Assembly (NCBI GenBank): GCA_964291675.2
Contig: OZ219865.1
Span: 640,001-704,000 of the forward strand
Source: Alphaproteobacteria bacterium
Lineage (GTDB): Bacteria > Pseudomonadota > Alphaproteobacteria > MPNO01
Direction: 5' to 3'
Length of the DNA stretch: 64,000 nt
The notes beneath the pieces are model-generated. The model saw only the letters and a program-made list of their open reading frames with translations, made no database searches and was not told the origin of the DNA. The translations under genes and the position numbers were made by a program. This document shows positions 21,471 through 31,363 of the stretch, piece by piece. Every line of letters begins with the position of its first letter. Position 1 is the first letter of the stretch.

Positions 21471-22397
21471 ATGTCGGGCATGGACCACGCCGCGAGCGAC
21501 ATTCCCAAGGGCGGATGGGTCGATCGCCGTCTGCCGGCTTCCTGGCGACCCTATGCGCGCCTCGCGCGGCTCGACAGGCCGATCGGCACCTGGCTGCTGC
21601 TGTTCCCGTGCTGGTGGTCGATCGCCTTCGCCTCGCCCGAGCCGCTGTCGCGCGAGAGCCTGGTGCTGTTCGCCCTGTTCGGCATCGGCGCCCTGGTGAT
21701 GCGTGGCGCCGGCTGCACGTTCAACGACATCTGCGACCGCGACTTCGACGCCCGGGTCGCCCGCACCCGCGACCGCCCGTTGCCGAGCGGCCAGGTCACG
21801 GTGCGCGGCGCGCTGGTGTTTCTCGCCGTGCTGCTGTGCCTCGGGCTCGCGGTGCTGCTCGCGCTCAACCCCTTCGCCATCGCGGTGGGTGCGGCGTCGC
21901 TGGTCCTGGTGTTCACCTACCCGCTCAGCAAGCGGGTGACCTTCTGGCCGCAATTCGTGCTCGGCCTCGCCTTCAACTGGGGCGCCCTGCTGGGCTGGGC
22001 GGCGGTGCGGGAGGAGATCGCCCTGGCGCCGGCCCTGCTCTATGCCGGCGGCATCTTCTGGACGCTCGGCTACGACACGATCTACGCCCACCAGGACCGG
22101 CGCGACGACCCCGCCGCCGGGGTCAAGTCCACCGCGCGCCGCCTCGGCCTCGGCAGCAAGCCCTGGCTCTACGCCTTCTATTTCGTCGCGGCCGCCCTGT
22201 TCGCGGCGACCGGATATGCCGCCGGACTCGGCTGGGTCTTCTTTGCGGGGCTTGCGCTGGCCGCCCTGCATCTCGCCTGGCAGGTGGCCGCCGTCGATCT
22301 CGACGCGCCCAAGGACTGCCTCGCCAAGTTCCGCTCGAACCGGCTGTTCGGCTGGATCGTCCTCGCCTCGGCGGTCACCGCCCAGCTCGCAGGGTGA
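21471..22397 (+). CDS. ubiA: 4-hydroxybenzoate octaprenyltransferase
   Basis: RLDRPIGTWLL, NDICDRDFD..V.RT..RP, YDTIYAHQD. Confidence 0.96.
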   Translation: MSGMDHAASDIPKGGWVDRRLPASWRPYARLARLDRPIGTWLLLFPCWWSIAFASPEPLSRESLVLFALFGIGALVMRGAGCTFNDICDRDFDARVARTRDRPLPSGQVTVRGALVFLAVLLCLGLAVLLALNPFAIAVGAASLVLVFTYPLSKRVTFWPQFVLGLAFNWGALLGWAAVREEIALAPALLYAGGIFWTLGYDTIYAHQDRRDDPAAGVKSTARRLGLGSKPWLYAFYFVAAALFAATGYAAGLGWVFFAGLALAALHLAWQVAAVDLDAPKDCLAKFRSNRLFGWIVLASAVTAQLAG

Positions 22398-22992
22398 GCG
22401 CCGCCTCCGCCGCTTCGATGTCCTCCGGCCGGTTGACGTTGAAGAAGGGATCGACGGGCGCGGTGGAGAACTCGGCATGCGCGAGGCGGTAGCGCGCCGT
22501 CCAGACATCGACCTTGCGCACCCCCTCCTCCACCACGGCGGCGCGCAGCGCGTCTGCGAGCGCGGCCGGCCAGAGCGCGAAGACCGGGTGCTCCCGCCCG
22601 TCCGAGCGCGCAGACGCGATCTCGGCGGCGTTCTCCTCGATCGCCCGCCACAGCCGCGTCACAAGGTCGGCCGGCAGGAAGGGCGCGTCGCAGGCGAAGG
22701 TAGCCACATGGGTGCAGCCCTGCGGCCGCGCCCATTCGAGCCCGGCGAGCACGCCGGCGAGCGGACCCGGAAAACCCTCCACCGAATCGGGCACCACTGG
22801 GAGACCGGTCGCGGCGAAGCGGGCCGGATCGCCGTTGGCGTTGAGCGCGAGCGGGTTCACCTGGGGCGCGGCGCGGGCGATCACGCGGTCCAGGATGGTG
22901 CGCCGGCCGATGAGCTTCAGCGCCTTGTCGCCGCCGCCCATGCGGCGCGACAGCCCGCCGGCGAGCACGATGCCGGCGATGCGCGGCGTCAC
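22375..22992 (-). CDS. mobA: molybdenum cofactor guanylyltransferase
   Basis: LAGGLSRRMGGGDK, GPLAG, CDAPF, FFNVN. Confidence 0.95.
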   Translation of the reverse strand: MTPRIAGIVLAGGLSRRMGGGDKALKLIGRRTILDRVIARAAPQVNPLALNANGDPARFAATGLPVVPDSVEGFPGPLAGVLAGLEWARPQGCTHVATFACDAPFLPADLVTRLWRAIEENAAEIASARSDGREHPVFALWPAALADALRAAVVEEGVRKVDVWTARYRLAHAEFSTAPVDPFFNVNRPEDIEAAEAALTLRAGR

Positions 22993-23591
22993 GGACCCGT
23001 CCCGGCCAGCGCGGCGTCGACCCGGATGGCGTCGCTCCCCAGCGCGCGCTCCACCAGTCCGGCATCAGCCGGTGCCAGAGCTGTCGTGTCCTGGACGATC
23101 CGGGCGATGTCGGCGAACGGGTCTGCCGGAACGCCCTGGATGTTCTCGCAGGCCGCGAGCCCGGCACCGGTCGCGACCCGCTGCTCGAGCCGCGCCTTGA
23201 GCGCCCCCTCCACCAGATCGAGACGCTGGTCGCAAAAATCCTCGCCGCAGAGCGCGACGTAGAAGCGGGTTCGCAGCACCTCTTCCGCCGCCCCCGCGGA
23301 AGCCGTCGCGAGGTCGTTATAGGCGGCGAAGCGCGCGCCCGCGTCGCCGGCGAACACGGTACGTCCGCGTTCGTCGCGAAGCGGGGTCTGGAGGCCAAGC
23401 ATCGCCGTCAGATGCTGGTCGATCCGCGACAGCACGTTCCGGCTCTGGCCGACATAGCTCACCGTGCGGGCGTTGCGGTAGGTCTTTGTGCGGAGATAGA
23501 CGCCGGGGGCGCCGAACGCCTCGATCGCGTCCTCGGCGTCGGGGAAGCGGCCGGCCCCGACCGGGCCCTGCCAGGCGAGGACCAGCTCCAT
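22989..23591 (-). CDS. hypothetical protein with GIY-YIG-like nuclease motif
   Basis: GVY(LR)...YVGQS.NV.SRI.QH and a later E (VEGAL); tightly packed between fdhD and mobA. Confidence 0.6.
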   Translation of the reverse strand: MELVLAWQGPVGAGRFPDAEDAIEAFGAPGVYLRTKTYRNARTVSYVGQSRNVLSRIDQHLTAMLGLQTPLRDERGRTVFAGDAGARFAAYNDLATASAGAAEEVLRTRFYVALCGEDFCDQRLDLVEGALKARLEQRVATGAGLAACENIQGVPADPFADIARIVQDTTALAPADAGLVERALGSDAIRVDAALAGTGP

Positions 23592-23597
23592 CGCGCC

Positions 23598-24470
23598 CTA
23601 CCCGGCGCGCGCGCCCTTGCGCTGGACCGTGGCGGGCTCCTCGCCGACCGACCGCGGGTCGGCGTCGTAGACGATGCGATGCTCGCCCGCGAGCGCGATG
23701 AAGCGCCGGCCGCGCGCGCGGCCGATCAGCGTGAGGTCGGCCTGGCGCGCGAGCTCCACCCCCCAGGCGGTGAAGCCGGAGCGCGAGACCAGGATCGGGA
23801 TCCGCATCTGCACCGCCTTGATCACCATCTCGCTGGTGAGCCGCCCGGTGGTGTAGAACATCTTGCCCTCGGGCACGATGCGGTTGAGGTGCATGTAGCC
23901 CGCGATCTTGTCGACCGCGTTGTGGCGTCCGACATCCTCCATGTAGATCAGCGGCCGGTCCTGCTCGCACAGCACGCAGCCATGGATCGCCCCGGCCTCC
24001 AAATAGAGGCTGGGGGTCGTGTTGATCGCCTTGGCGAGCGCGTAGAGCCAGGACGTCCTGACCTCCGCCCCGGGGTCGAGGACGACTTCCTCGAAGGTCT
24101 CCATCACGTCGCCGAACACCGTGCCGAGCGCGCAGCCCGACGTGCGGGTACGCTTCTTCATCCGCTCCTCGAAATCGGTCTCGTGCGCGGTGCGCACGAC
24201 CACCGTCTCGATCTCCTCGTCGTAGTCGACGCCGGTCACCCGGTCGCCTTCGCGCAGCATGTTCTGGTTGATCAGGTAGCCGACCGCCAGGCAGTCGACA
24301 TAGTCGCCGATCGTCATCAGGGTGACGATCTCCTGGCTGTTGAGGAACAGCGTCAGCGGCCGCTCCACGGTGACCGAGGTCTCGATCGCCCTGCCGTCCT
24401 GATCGACCCCCGGCACCCGCTCGGTGAGCCGCGCATCGGCCGGGTCCGGCTTGACCAGATAATCCGTCAT
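23598..24470 (-). CDS. fdhD: formate dehydrogenase accessory sulfurtransferase FdhD
   Basis: ERPLTL, SGCA.G, GAIHG, EDVGRHNAVDK, TTGRLTSEMV.K; start MTDYLVKP (24470). Confidence 0.95.
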   Translation of the reverse strand: MTDYLVKPDPADARLTERVPGVDQDGRAIETSVTVERPLTLFLNSQEIVTLMTIGDYVDCLAVGYLINQNMLREGDRVTGVDYDEEIETVVVRTAHETDFEERMKKRTRTSGCALGTVFGDVMETFEEVVLDPGAEVRTSWLYALAKAINTTPSLYLEAGAIHGCVLCEQDRPLIYMEDVGRHNAVDKIAGYMHLNRIVPEGKMFYTTGRLTSEMVIKAVQMRIPILVSRSGFTAWGVELARQADLTLIGRARGRRFIALAGEHRIVYDADPRSVGEEPATVQRKGARAG

Positions 24471-24540
24471 GCGGGGAATATGTCCGCCCCGGGCGCGGCG
24501 GGCAACTCGCATCCGGTCGGCACCGCCCATGGATTGCCGC

Positions 24541-24650
24541 CGTCCTTCGATACGCCCGCCTGCGGCGGGCTACTCAGGATGAGGGATTCTTATGCGGCTT
24601 ACCAACCGCTCCTCATCCTGAGTAGCCGCGAAGCGGCGTATCGAAGGACG
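24541..24650. repeat. REP/RIME-like palindromic element, copy 1
   Basis: Perfect outer IR CGTCCTTCGATACGCC (24541-24556)/GGCGTATCGAAGGACG (24635-24650) and inner IR GGCTACTCAGGATGAGG (24568-24584)/CCTCATCCTGAGTAGCC (24611-24627). Confidence 0.9.
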
Positions 24651-24717
24651 CCGCTTCGCCGGCGCCGCCGGGTCCTGTAGATTGGCGCGCTGCAACGACT
24701 GGACGGGAGGCCGAACC

Positions 24718-25569
24718 GTGTCCGAGACGGGTGCCCTGGTATCGACCCAATGGCTGGAAGCGCATCTCGACGACCCGGATGTCCGCGTCGTCGAGACCAC
24801 CTGGTACCTGCCGACCGACGGGCGGTCGGGGCGCGAGGAGTTCGAGGGCGGGCATATCAGGGGCGCGGCGTTCTGGGACATCGACGGCATCGCCGACCCG
24901 GACGACCCGAGACCCCACATGGCGCCCTCGCCGGCGCGCTTCGCCGAGCTGATGGGCGGGCTCGGCATCGGCGATACGACGCGCGTCGTCGCCTACGACC
25001 GGGTCGGCATGATGACCGTCGGCCGGGCGTGGTGGATGCTGCGCTATTTCGGCCACGAGTCGGTGTCGATCCTCGACGGCGGCTTCGTCAAGTGGGTGAT
25101 GGAGGGCAGGCCGACCGCGTCCGGCCCGGCCGCCGGGCGCCCGGCCCCCGCCGGCTTCTCCGCCGAGCCGCGCGCGGACCGCATCTCCGACCTCGACACG
25201 ATCCTGGCCGGCCTCGACGCGGCGGGCGCGCAGATCCTCGATGCCCGGGCGCCGGGCCGCTTCGCCGGCAGCGAGCCGGAGCCGCGGCCGGGCTGCCGCC
25301 CGGGCCATATCCCGGGCAGCGCGAACCTGCCCTACAACCTTCTGGTCGACCCGGAGACCGGCACCGTGAGACCGCCGGACGAGCTCCGCGCCCTGTTCGC
25401 CGAGGCCGGAATCGACATAGGCCAGCCGGTCACCACCACCTGCGGGTCCGGGGTGACGGCCTCGCTGCTCGCCTTCGGGCTGCACCTGGTCGGCCAGGAC
25501 GAGGTCGCGGTCTATGACGGGTCGTGGTCCGAATGGGGCATGCGGACGGACACGCCGGTCGAGACCTGA
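24718..25569 (+). CDS. sseA: 3-mercaptopyruvate sulfurtransferase (tandem rhodanese)
   Basis: GHIRGA, GHIPGS, active site CGSGVTA, YDGSWSEWG; GTG start after GGGAGG. Confidence 0.94.
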   Translation: MSETGALVSTQWLEAHLDDPDVRVVETTWYLPTDGRSGREEFEGGHIRGAAFWDIDGIADPDDPRPHMAPSPARFAELMGGLGIGDTTRVVAYDRVGMMTVGRAWWMLRYFGHESVSILDGGFVKWVMEGRPTASGPAAGRPAPAGFSAEPRADRISDLDTILAGLDAAGAQILDARAPGRFAGSEPEPRPGCRPGHIPGSANLPYNLLVDPETGTVRPPDELRALFAEAGIDIGQPVTTTCGSGVTASLLAFGLHLVGQDEVAVYDGSWSEWGMRTDTPVET

Positions 25570-25635
25570 AGAACTGGCGCCGCCCGGCCCGCGCTGGCAG
25601 GATGCGCGGCCTTTTCACCAGCCGACGGCCGCGCC

Positions 25636-26805
25636 ATGAAGGAAGACACGATCATCACCACCGCCGGGCGCGATCCGGAAGCCAATTTCGGGATCGTCAA
25701 CCCGCCCGTCTACCACGCCTCGACCATCACCCATGCGACGGTCGCGGCGATGCGCGAGGCGCGCGAACGCCGGTTCGAGCCCCGAATCTACACCTATGGG
25801 CGGCACGGGACGCCCACCCATTCGGCGCTGGAGGAAGCGGTGGCCGCCGTCGAGGGCGGCGAGCGGGCGGTCTGCCTCGGCTCCGGCCTGGCCGCGATCA
25901 ACGCCGCCATCCTCGCCTTCGTCGAGACCGGCGACCGCATCCTGATGGCGGACAACGTCTACAGCCCGGCGCGGCGCTTCTGCGACAGCTTTCTCGGGCG
26001 CTTCGGGGTCGAGACGACCTATTTCGACCCGGCGATCGGCGGCGCGATCGCCGAGCTGATCGACGAGCGCACCCGCATCGTCTATGTCGAGTCGCCGGGC
26101 TCGCTCACCTTCGAGATGACCGACATCCCGGCGGTCGCCGCCCCGGCGCACGAGGCCGGCGCGGTGGTCATCATGGACAATACCTGGGCGGCCGGCGTGC
26201 TGTTCAAGCCGTTCGAGCACGGCGTCGACGTCTCGGTGCAGGCGGCGACCAAGTACATCGTCGGCCACTCCGACGTGATGATGGGGACGGTGACCACCAG
26301 CGAGGCGCTGTGGCCCAGAGTGCGCCAGTCCGCCGCCGACCTCGGCGCCAATTGCGGGCCGGACGACGTCTATCTCGCGCTGCGCGGGCTGCGCACCCTC
26401 GGCGTCCGGCTGCGCCAGCATCACCAGAACGGGCTCATCCTCGCGCGCTGGCTGCGGGACCGGCCGGAGGTCGAGCGCGTGCTCCACCCCGCGCTCCCGG
26501 ACGACCCCGGCCACGCGCTGTGGAAACGGGATTTTAGCGGCGCCTGCGGGCTGTTCGGCGTGGTCCTCAAGCCGGCACCGGAGGCGGCGGTGGCGGCGAT
26601 GCTGGATGGCATGGAGCTGTTCTCGATGGGCGCGAGCTGGGGCGGGTTCGAGAGCCTGATCCTGCCCACCAACCCGGCGGCGATCCGCACCGCGACGCGC
26701 TGGGACGCCGGCCCGACGATACGCATCCATGCGGGGCTGGAGGACACCGGCGACCTGATCGGCGACCTCGACCGCGGCCTCGCGCGGCTGAACGCGGCGC
26801 GCTGA
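25636..26805 (+). CDS. metC: cystathionine beta-lyase
   Basis: VNPPVYHAST, YGRHGTPT, ESPGS, DNTWA, AATKYIVGHSD, SWGGFESL. Confidence 0.94.
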   Translation: MKEDTIITTAGRDPEANFGIVNPPVYHASTITHATVAAMREARERRFEPRIYTYGRHGTPTHSALEEAVAAVEGGERAVCLGSGLAAINAAILAFVETGDRILMADNVYSPARRFCDSFLGRFGVETTYFDPAIGGAIAELIDERTRIVYVESPGSLTFEMTDIPAVAAPAHEAGAVVIMDNTWAAGVLFKPFEHGVDVSVQAATKYIVGHSDVMMGTVTTSEALWPRVRQSAADLGANCGPDDVYLALRGLRTLGVRLRQHHQNGLILARWLRDRPEVERVLHPALPDDPGHALWKRDFSGACGLFGVVLKPAPEAAVAAMLDGMELFSMGASWGGFESLILPTNPAAIRTATRWDAGPTIRIHAGLEDTGDLIGDLDRGLARLNAAR

Positions 26806-26871
26806 GGCCGCTTCGCTTCCGCCGCGAGGAAACCTAACTTGGCGAGCAGCGAACGAACGGGAAGCGAAACC

Positions 26872-27276
26872 ATGGGCGCGTCCGAAGCGGGCATCGCCGC
26901 GGCCCTCGATGCGATCGCCTGGAACGGCGACGGGCTGGTCCCGGCCATCGCCCAGCAGCACGACAGCGGCGAGGTGCTGATGATGGCCTGGATGAGCCGC
27001 GACGCGGTGGCCGAGACGCTGGCCACCGGCCGGGTCTGCTACTACTCGCGCTCGCGCGGCGCGCTGTGGCGCAAGGGCGAGACCTCGGGACAGGTGCAGG
27101 CGCTGGTCGAGCTGCGCCTCGACTGCGACGGCGACACGCTGCTGCTCGCCGTCGACCAGACCGGGGTCGCCTGCCATACCGGACGGCGTAGCTGCTTCTT
27201 CCGCGCCGTGCGCGAGGACCGCCTCGCGACAATCGCCGGGGTCGAGACCGACCCCGCGGAGCTGTACGGGAAATGA
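26872..27276 (+). CDS. hisI: phosphoribosyl-AMP cyclohydrolase
   Basis: [29 protein letters not shown]. Confidence 0.96.
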   Translation: MGASEAGIAAALDAIAWNGDGLVPAIAQQHDSGEVLMMAWMSRDAVAETLATGRVCYYSRSRGALWRKGETSGQVQALVELRLDCDGDTLLLAVDQTGVACHTGRRSCFFRAVREDRLATIAGVETDPAELYGK

Positions 27277-28331
27277 CCGGAACCCACGCCCCGCCCGAGC
27301 CCGACGACATCGTCCAGGCCTCCCTGCTGACCGGTTTTTTGGGGAGCGGAAAGACGACGCTGATCAACGCGTTGCTGAAACACCCCGAGATGTCGGATAC
27401 GGCCGTCCTGGTCAACGAGTTCGGCGAGATCGGGCTGGACCACCATCTGATCGAGCGGATCGACGAGGACACGGTGCTGCTGAATGCGGGCTGCCTCTGC
27501 TGCACCGTCCGCGACGACCTGGCGCGCGCCTTGCGCGAGCTGTTCATCAAGCGCGTCAAGGGCGACGTCCCGCCCTTCGCCCGGGTGGTGATCGAGACCA
27601 CCGGGCTCGCCGATCCGGCGCCGATCATCCATACCCTGATGACCGACCGGGTGATCGCCAACCGCTACGCGCTCGACGGCGTGGTGACGGCGGTCGACGG
27701 GGTCAATGGCGACATCCAGCTCGGCCGGCACCGCGAGTCCGTCAAGCAGGCGGCCGTCGCCGACCGCATCGTCATCACCAAGGGCGACATCGCCGGGGGC
27801 GAGGACCTCGACGGCCTCGAAGCCAGCCTGCGCGCGCTCAACCCGGGCGCCGCCATCGTCCGGGCGGAGTTCGGCGCCATCCACCCCGATTCGCTGTTCG
27901 ACACCGGTCTCTACGACCCGGCGACCAAGAGCCTCGACGTGCAGCGCTGGCTGCGCGACGAAGCCTATGGGGAAGACGCGCACGACCACCACGGGCACGA
28001 CGTCAACCGCCACGACGACAGCATCCGCGCCTATTGCCTGCGCTACGACGATCCGCTCGCCTGGGAGCCCTTCGTCGGCTGGATCCGTACCCTGATCGCG
28101 ACGCACGGGGAGAAGCTCTTGCGCATCAAGGGGATCGTCAACGTCGCCGGCCAGGACAAGCCGATCGCGATCCACGGCGTGCAGCATCTGTTCCACGACC
28201 CCGCCCAGCTCCCCGACTGGCCGGACGGGGACACCCGGAGCCGCATCGTCTTCATCACCCAGGACCTGCCGCGGGAGACGGTCGAGCGGATCCTGGAAGA
28301 CATGAAGGCGGCGGTGGGCAAGGCGGGGTAG
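27273..28331 (+). CDS. COG0523/CobW-family GTPase metallochaperone
   Basis: [33 protein letters not shown], His-rich linker, LLRIKG. Confidence 0.94.
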   Translation: MTGTHAPPEPDDIVQASLLTGFLGSGKTTLINALLKHPEMSDTAVLVNEFGEIGLDHHLIERIDEDTVLLNAGCLCCTVRDDLARALRELFIKRVKGDVPPFARVVIETTGLADPAPIIHTLMTDRVIANRYALDGVVTAVDGVNGDIQLGRHRESVKQAAVADRIVITKGDIAGGEDLDGLEASLRALNPGAAIVRAEFGAIHPDSLFDTGLYDPATKSLDVQRWLRDEAYGEDAHDHHGHDVNRHDDSIRAYCLRYDDPLAWEPFVGWIRTLIATHGEKLLRIKGIVNVAGQDKPIAIHGVQHLFHDPAQLPDWPDGDTRSRIVFITQDLPRETVERILEDMKAAVGKAG

Positions 28332-28343
28332 GAAATCCGCCCG

Positions 28344-28961
28344 ATGCGCAAGCCGGGCTCGATGAAGGCGCTGGAGGAGCTCGGCCGGGTGCGGCTCTCG
28401 CCGTCCTTCTTCATGCGCGACTTCCTGTACAGCGAGATCGCCGCGTTCCACGGCATCCCCAACATCCCCGACGACCCCGACCTCGCCATCGCCGCGGGCA
28501 AGCGGCTCTGCGAGACCCTGCTGGAGCCCTTGCGCGAGACCTTCGGGACGGTGTCGGTCCGCTCGGGCTACCGCTCGGAGGCGGTCAACGGCTTCGGCAA
28601 CCGCAACCGGCTCAACTGCGCCTCCAACGCAGCGAGCCTCGCGGGCCATATCTGGGATCGGCGCGACGCCGCGGGCCGCATGGGCGCCACCGCCTGTATC
28701 GCGATCCCGTGGTTCGCCGACCGCTACGCGGAGACCGGGGACTGGCGGCCGCTCGCCTGGTTCGTCCACGACCACCTGCCCTACTCAAAGCTGTGCTTCT
28801 TCCCCAGGCTCGCCGCCTTCAACATCCAGTGGCACGAGTGCCCGGCGCGGCGGATCGACAGCTATGCGCCGCCCAAAGGGTGCCTGACCCGGCCCGGCAT
28901 GCCGGGCTTCGAGGCCGATCACGCGGCGCTTTATGCCGGCTTCCCGCCGTTCCGGGGTTGA
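28344..28961 (+). CDS. peptidase M15-like hypothetical protein
   Basis: RLS..F...DFL.SE, NIPD, LEPLR..FG...VRSGYRS..VN resembles the M15A/D-Ala-D-Ala peptidase fold. Confidence 0.6.
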   Translation: MRKPGSMKALEELGRVRLSPSFFMRDFLYSEIAAFHGIPNIPDDPDLAIAAGKRLCETLLEPLRETFGTVSVRSGYRSEAVNGFGNRNRLNCASNAASLAGHIWDRRDAAGRMGATACIAIPWFADRYAETGDWRPLAWFVHDHLPYSKLCFFPRLAAFNIQWHECPARRIDSYAPPKGCLTRPGMPGFEADHAALYAGFPPFRG

Positions 28962-28964
28962 GGG

Positions 28965-29936
28965 TCACGCCGCCTTGCGCAGCCGGTCGCGGTCGTGCGG
29001 GGTGGCGAGGTCGATGTCGGGGCCGAGCGGGACGATCCCGGTCGGGTTCACGTGCGGCATGTCGGCGTAGTAGCCGCGCTTGATGCCGGGGATGTCGGTC
29101 CGCTCGGCGATGCCGGGAAGCTGGTAAAGCTCGCGCAAATAGTTCGACAGGTTGGGATAGTCCTCGATCCGCCGCCTGTTGCACTTGAAATGGCCGTGAT
29201 AGACGAAGTCGAAGCGCACCAGGGTCGGATAGAGCCGCCAGTCGGCCTCGGTCAGGCGTTCGCCGCAGAGATAGCGCCGCTCGCCGAGCACTCTGTCGAG
29301 CCAGTCCAGCGTGTCGAACAGGGCGTTGCAGGCCTCCTCGTAGGCTGCTTGCGTCTTCGCGAAGCCGGTGCGGTAGACGCCGTTGTTGACGGTCTCGTAG
29401 ATGCGCGCGTTGAAGGCGTCGATCTCGGCCCGCAAATCCTCCGGGTAGAGGTCGAGCGGGGTCGCGCCGAGACCGTCGAACTCGCTGTTCAGCATGCGCA
29501 GGATTTCCGAGGACTCGTTGGAGACGATGGTCCATAGCCGCTTGTCGAACAGGGTCGGCACGGTGACCCGGCCGGAATAGTCGGGATCGGCGGCGACATA
29601 GGCCTGGTGCAGCTCGAACACGCCGTCGACCGGCTCGAGATCGCCGCCGATGCCTTGCGAATAGGCCCAGCTCCGCACCCGCGGCAGGTCCGAGAGCGTG
29701 ATCGAGATCGCGTCCTCCAGCCCCTTGAGATGGCGCACGATCTGCGTGCGGTGGGCCCACGGGCAGTTGGGCGCGAGAAACAGGTGATAGCGGCCCGGCT
29801 CGGCGGGAAAGCCGGAAGACCCGTCGGCGGTGATCCACGACCGGAACACCGATTCCGCGCGCACGAAGGCGCCGCCTTCCGGGTTGCGGTATCTCGCGTC
29901 GTCGTCGATCCACGCGCCGTCGATCAGCATGCCCAT
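28965..29936 (-). CDS. glutathionyl-hydroquinone reductase (GST Xi class, YqjG-like)
   Basis: CPWAHR, GRVTVPTL.D, NESSEI, NNGVYRTGFA, TLVRFD.VY..HFKCN; start MGMLIDG (29936). Confidence 0.94.
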   Translation of the reverse strand: MGMLIDGAWIDDDARYRNPEGGAFVRAESVFRSWITADGSSGFPAEPGRYHLFLAPNCPWAHRTQIVRHLKGLEDAISITLSDLPRVRSWAYSQGIGGDLEPVDGVFELHQAYVAADPDYSGRVTVPTLFDKRLWTIVSNESSEILRMLNSEFDGLGATPLDLYPEDLRAEIDAFNARIYETVNNGVYRTGFAKTQAAYEEACNALFDTLDWLDRVLGERRYLCGERLTEADWRLYPTLVRFDFVYHGHFKCNRRRIEDYPNLSNYLRELYQLPGIAERTDIPGIKRGYYADMPHVNPTGIVPLGPDIDLATPHDRDRLRKAA

Positions 29937-30030
29937 GGCCGGTCCCTCCTTCGCCTGTGCGCCGCATGGCAATGTACTTCGTTCGGAATGGAAGTCGAGC
30001 GCGCCGCCGGGCACCGCAAGCGCGGCCTGG

Positions 30031-30126
30031 CGTCCCTCGATACGGCCCTTCGGGCCTACTCGGGATGAGGTAGATTGGACCCCCTCCCTCATCCTGAGTA
30101 GCGGCGAAGCCGCGTATCGAAGGACG
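30031..30126. repeat. REP/RIME-like palindromic element, copy 2
   Basis: CGTCCCTCGATACG...CTACTCGGGATGAGG...CCTCATCCTGAGTAG...CGTATCGAAGGACG; same family as 24541-24650. Confidence 0.88.
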
Positions 30127-30202
30127 CAGGGAGTCGCGCCGTCCCCGGCTTGACCCGCCGCCGGGGCGGCCGCTTACTGTGGGCCGCCGCGACAGGGGGA
30201 CG

Positions 30203-31363
30203 ATGATGGATTTCGAGCTTCCCGAAGAGCTTCGCATGATGAAGGACACGCTCCGGCGGTTCATCGACAACGAGGTGATCCTGATCGAGCGCGAGGCCTA
30301 TGACGGCCACCTGATGGTGCCGGAAGTCCGCGAGAAGCTGGAGGCGCGGGCGCGCGAGCTCGGGATCTGGATGATCGACATCCCCGAGGAGTATGGCGGC
30401 ATGGGGCTCGGCCTGCTGGCCCGGGTGCTGGTCTGGGAGGAGACCGGCCGCACCATCGCCTTCCCCCGGCGCAAGCCGTGGATCTTCGGCCCCGACGTGA
30501 GCCCGATCCTGCTCCAGTTCCTGCGCGACGACCAGAAGGACGACTATCTCTGGCCCTGCATAAGGGGCGAGAAATACGCCGCCTTCTGCCAGACCGAGCC
30601 GGATGCCGGCGGCGACCCGGCGAGCATTCGCACGACCGCGATCCGCGACGGCGACGCATACGTGATCAACGGCATGAAGCGCTTCGTCACCGGCGGGGAC
30701 CAGGCCGATTTCGCCCAGGTGGTCTGCGTCACCGACCGCGAGAAGGGCGCGCGCGGCGGCATCTCCTGCATCCTGGTCGACATGGACACGCCGGGCGTCG
30801 ACGTGATCCGCCGGCAGGAGACGATGATGGACGACCGGCCCTGCGAGGTCGGCTTCCACGACGTCCGCGTGCCGGCAACAAACCTGATCGGCAACGAGGG
30901 CGACGGGTTCCGCATGGCGCAGAACTGGATCACCTTCGGGCGCATGCGGCACGGCTCGCTCGGCATCGGCACGATGGAGCGCTGCCTGGAGCTCGGCGCC
31001 TCCTACGCAAAGCAACGGGTGACCTTCGGCAAGCCGCTCGCCGAACGGCAGGCGGTGCAGTGGATGCTGGTCGACACCTATGCCGAGCTGCACCAGCTCA
31101 GGCTGATGGTCTATGACGCCGCGTCGCGCTACGACCGGGGCGAGGACATCCGCTACCAGTCCTATATGTGCAAGTATGTCGGCGACCGCGGCGGCTTCGA
31201 GGCGGCCGACCGCTGTCTCCAGATCCATGGCGGGATCGGGCTCACCACCGATTTGCCGATCGAGAAGCTGTGGCGCGATCTGCGCTCGTTCATGATCACC
31301 GAGGGGCCGGAAGAGATCCTCAAGATGGCGCTCGCCCGCCACGTGCTCCGCGAATACGGTTGA
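30203..31363 (+). CDS. acyl-CoA dehydrogenase
   Basis: FCQTEPDAGGD, INGMKRFVT, R.TFGKPL, QIHGGIG, ITEGPEE. Confidence 0.92.
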   Translation: MMDFELPEELRMMKDTLRRFIDNEVILIEREAYDGHLMVPEVREKLEARARELGIWMIDIPEEYGGMGLGLLARVLVWEETGRTIAFPRRKPWIFGPDVSPILLQFLRDDQKDDYLWPCIRGEKYAAFCQTEPDAGGDPASIRTTAIRDGDAYVINGMKRFVTGGDQADFAQVVCVTDREKGARGGISCILVDMDTPGVDVIRRQETMMDDRPCEVGFHDVRVPATNLIGNEGDGFRMAQNWITFGRMRHGSLGIGTMERCLELGASYAKQRVTFGKPLAERQAVQWMLVDTYAELHQLRLMVYDAASRYDRGEDIRYQSYMCKYVGDRGGFEAADRCLQIHGGIGLTTDLPIEKLWRDLRSFMITEGPEEILKMALARHVLREYG

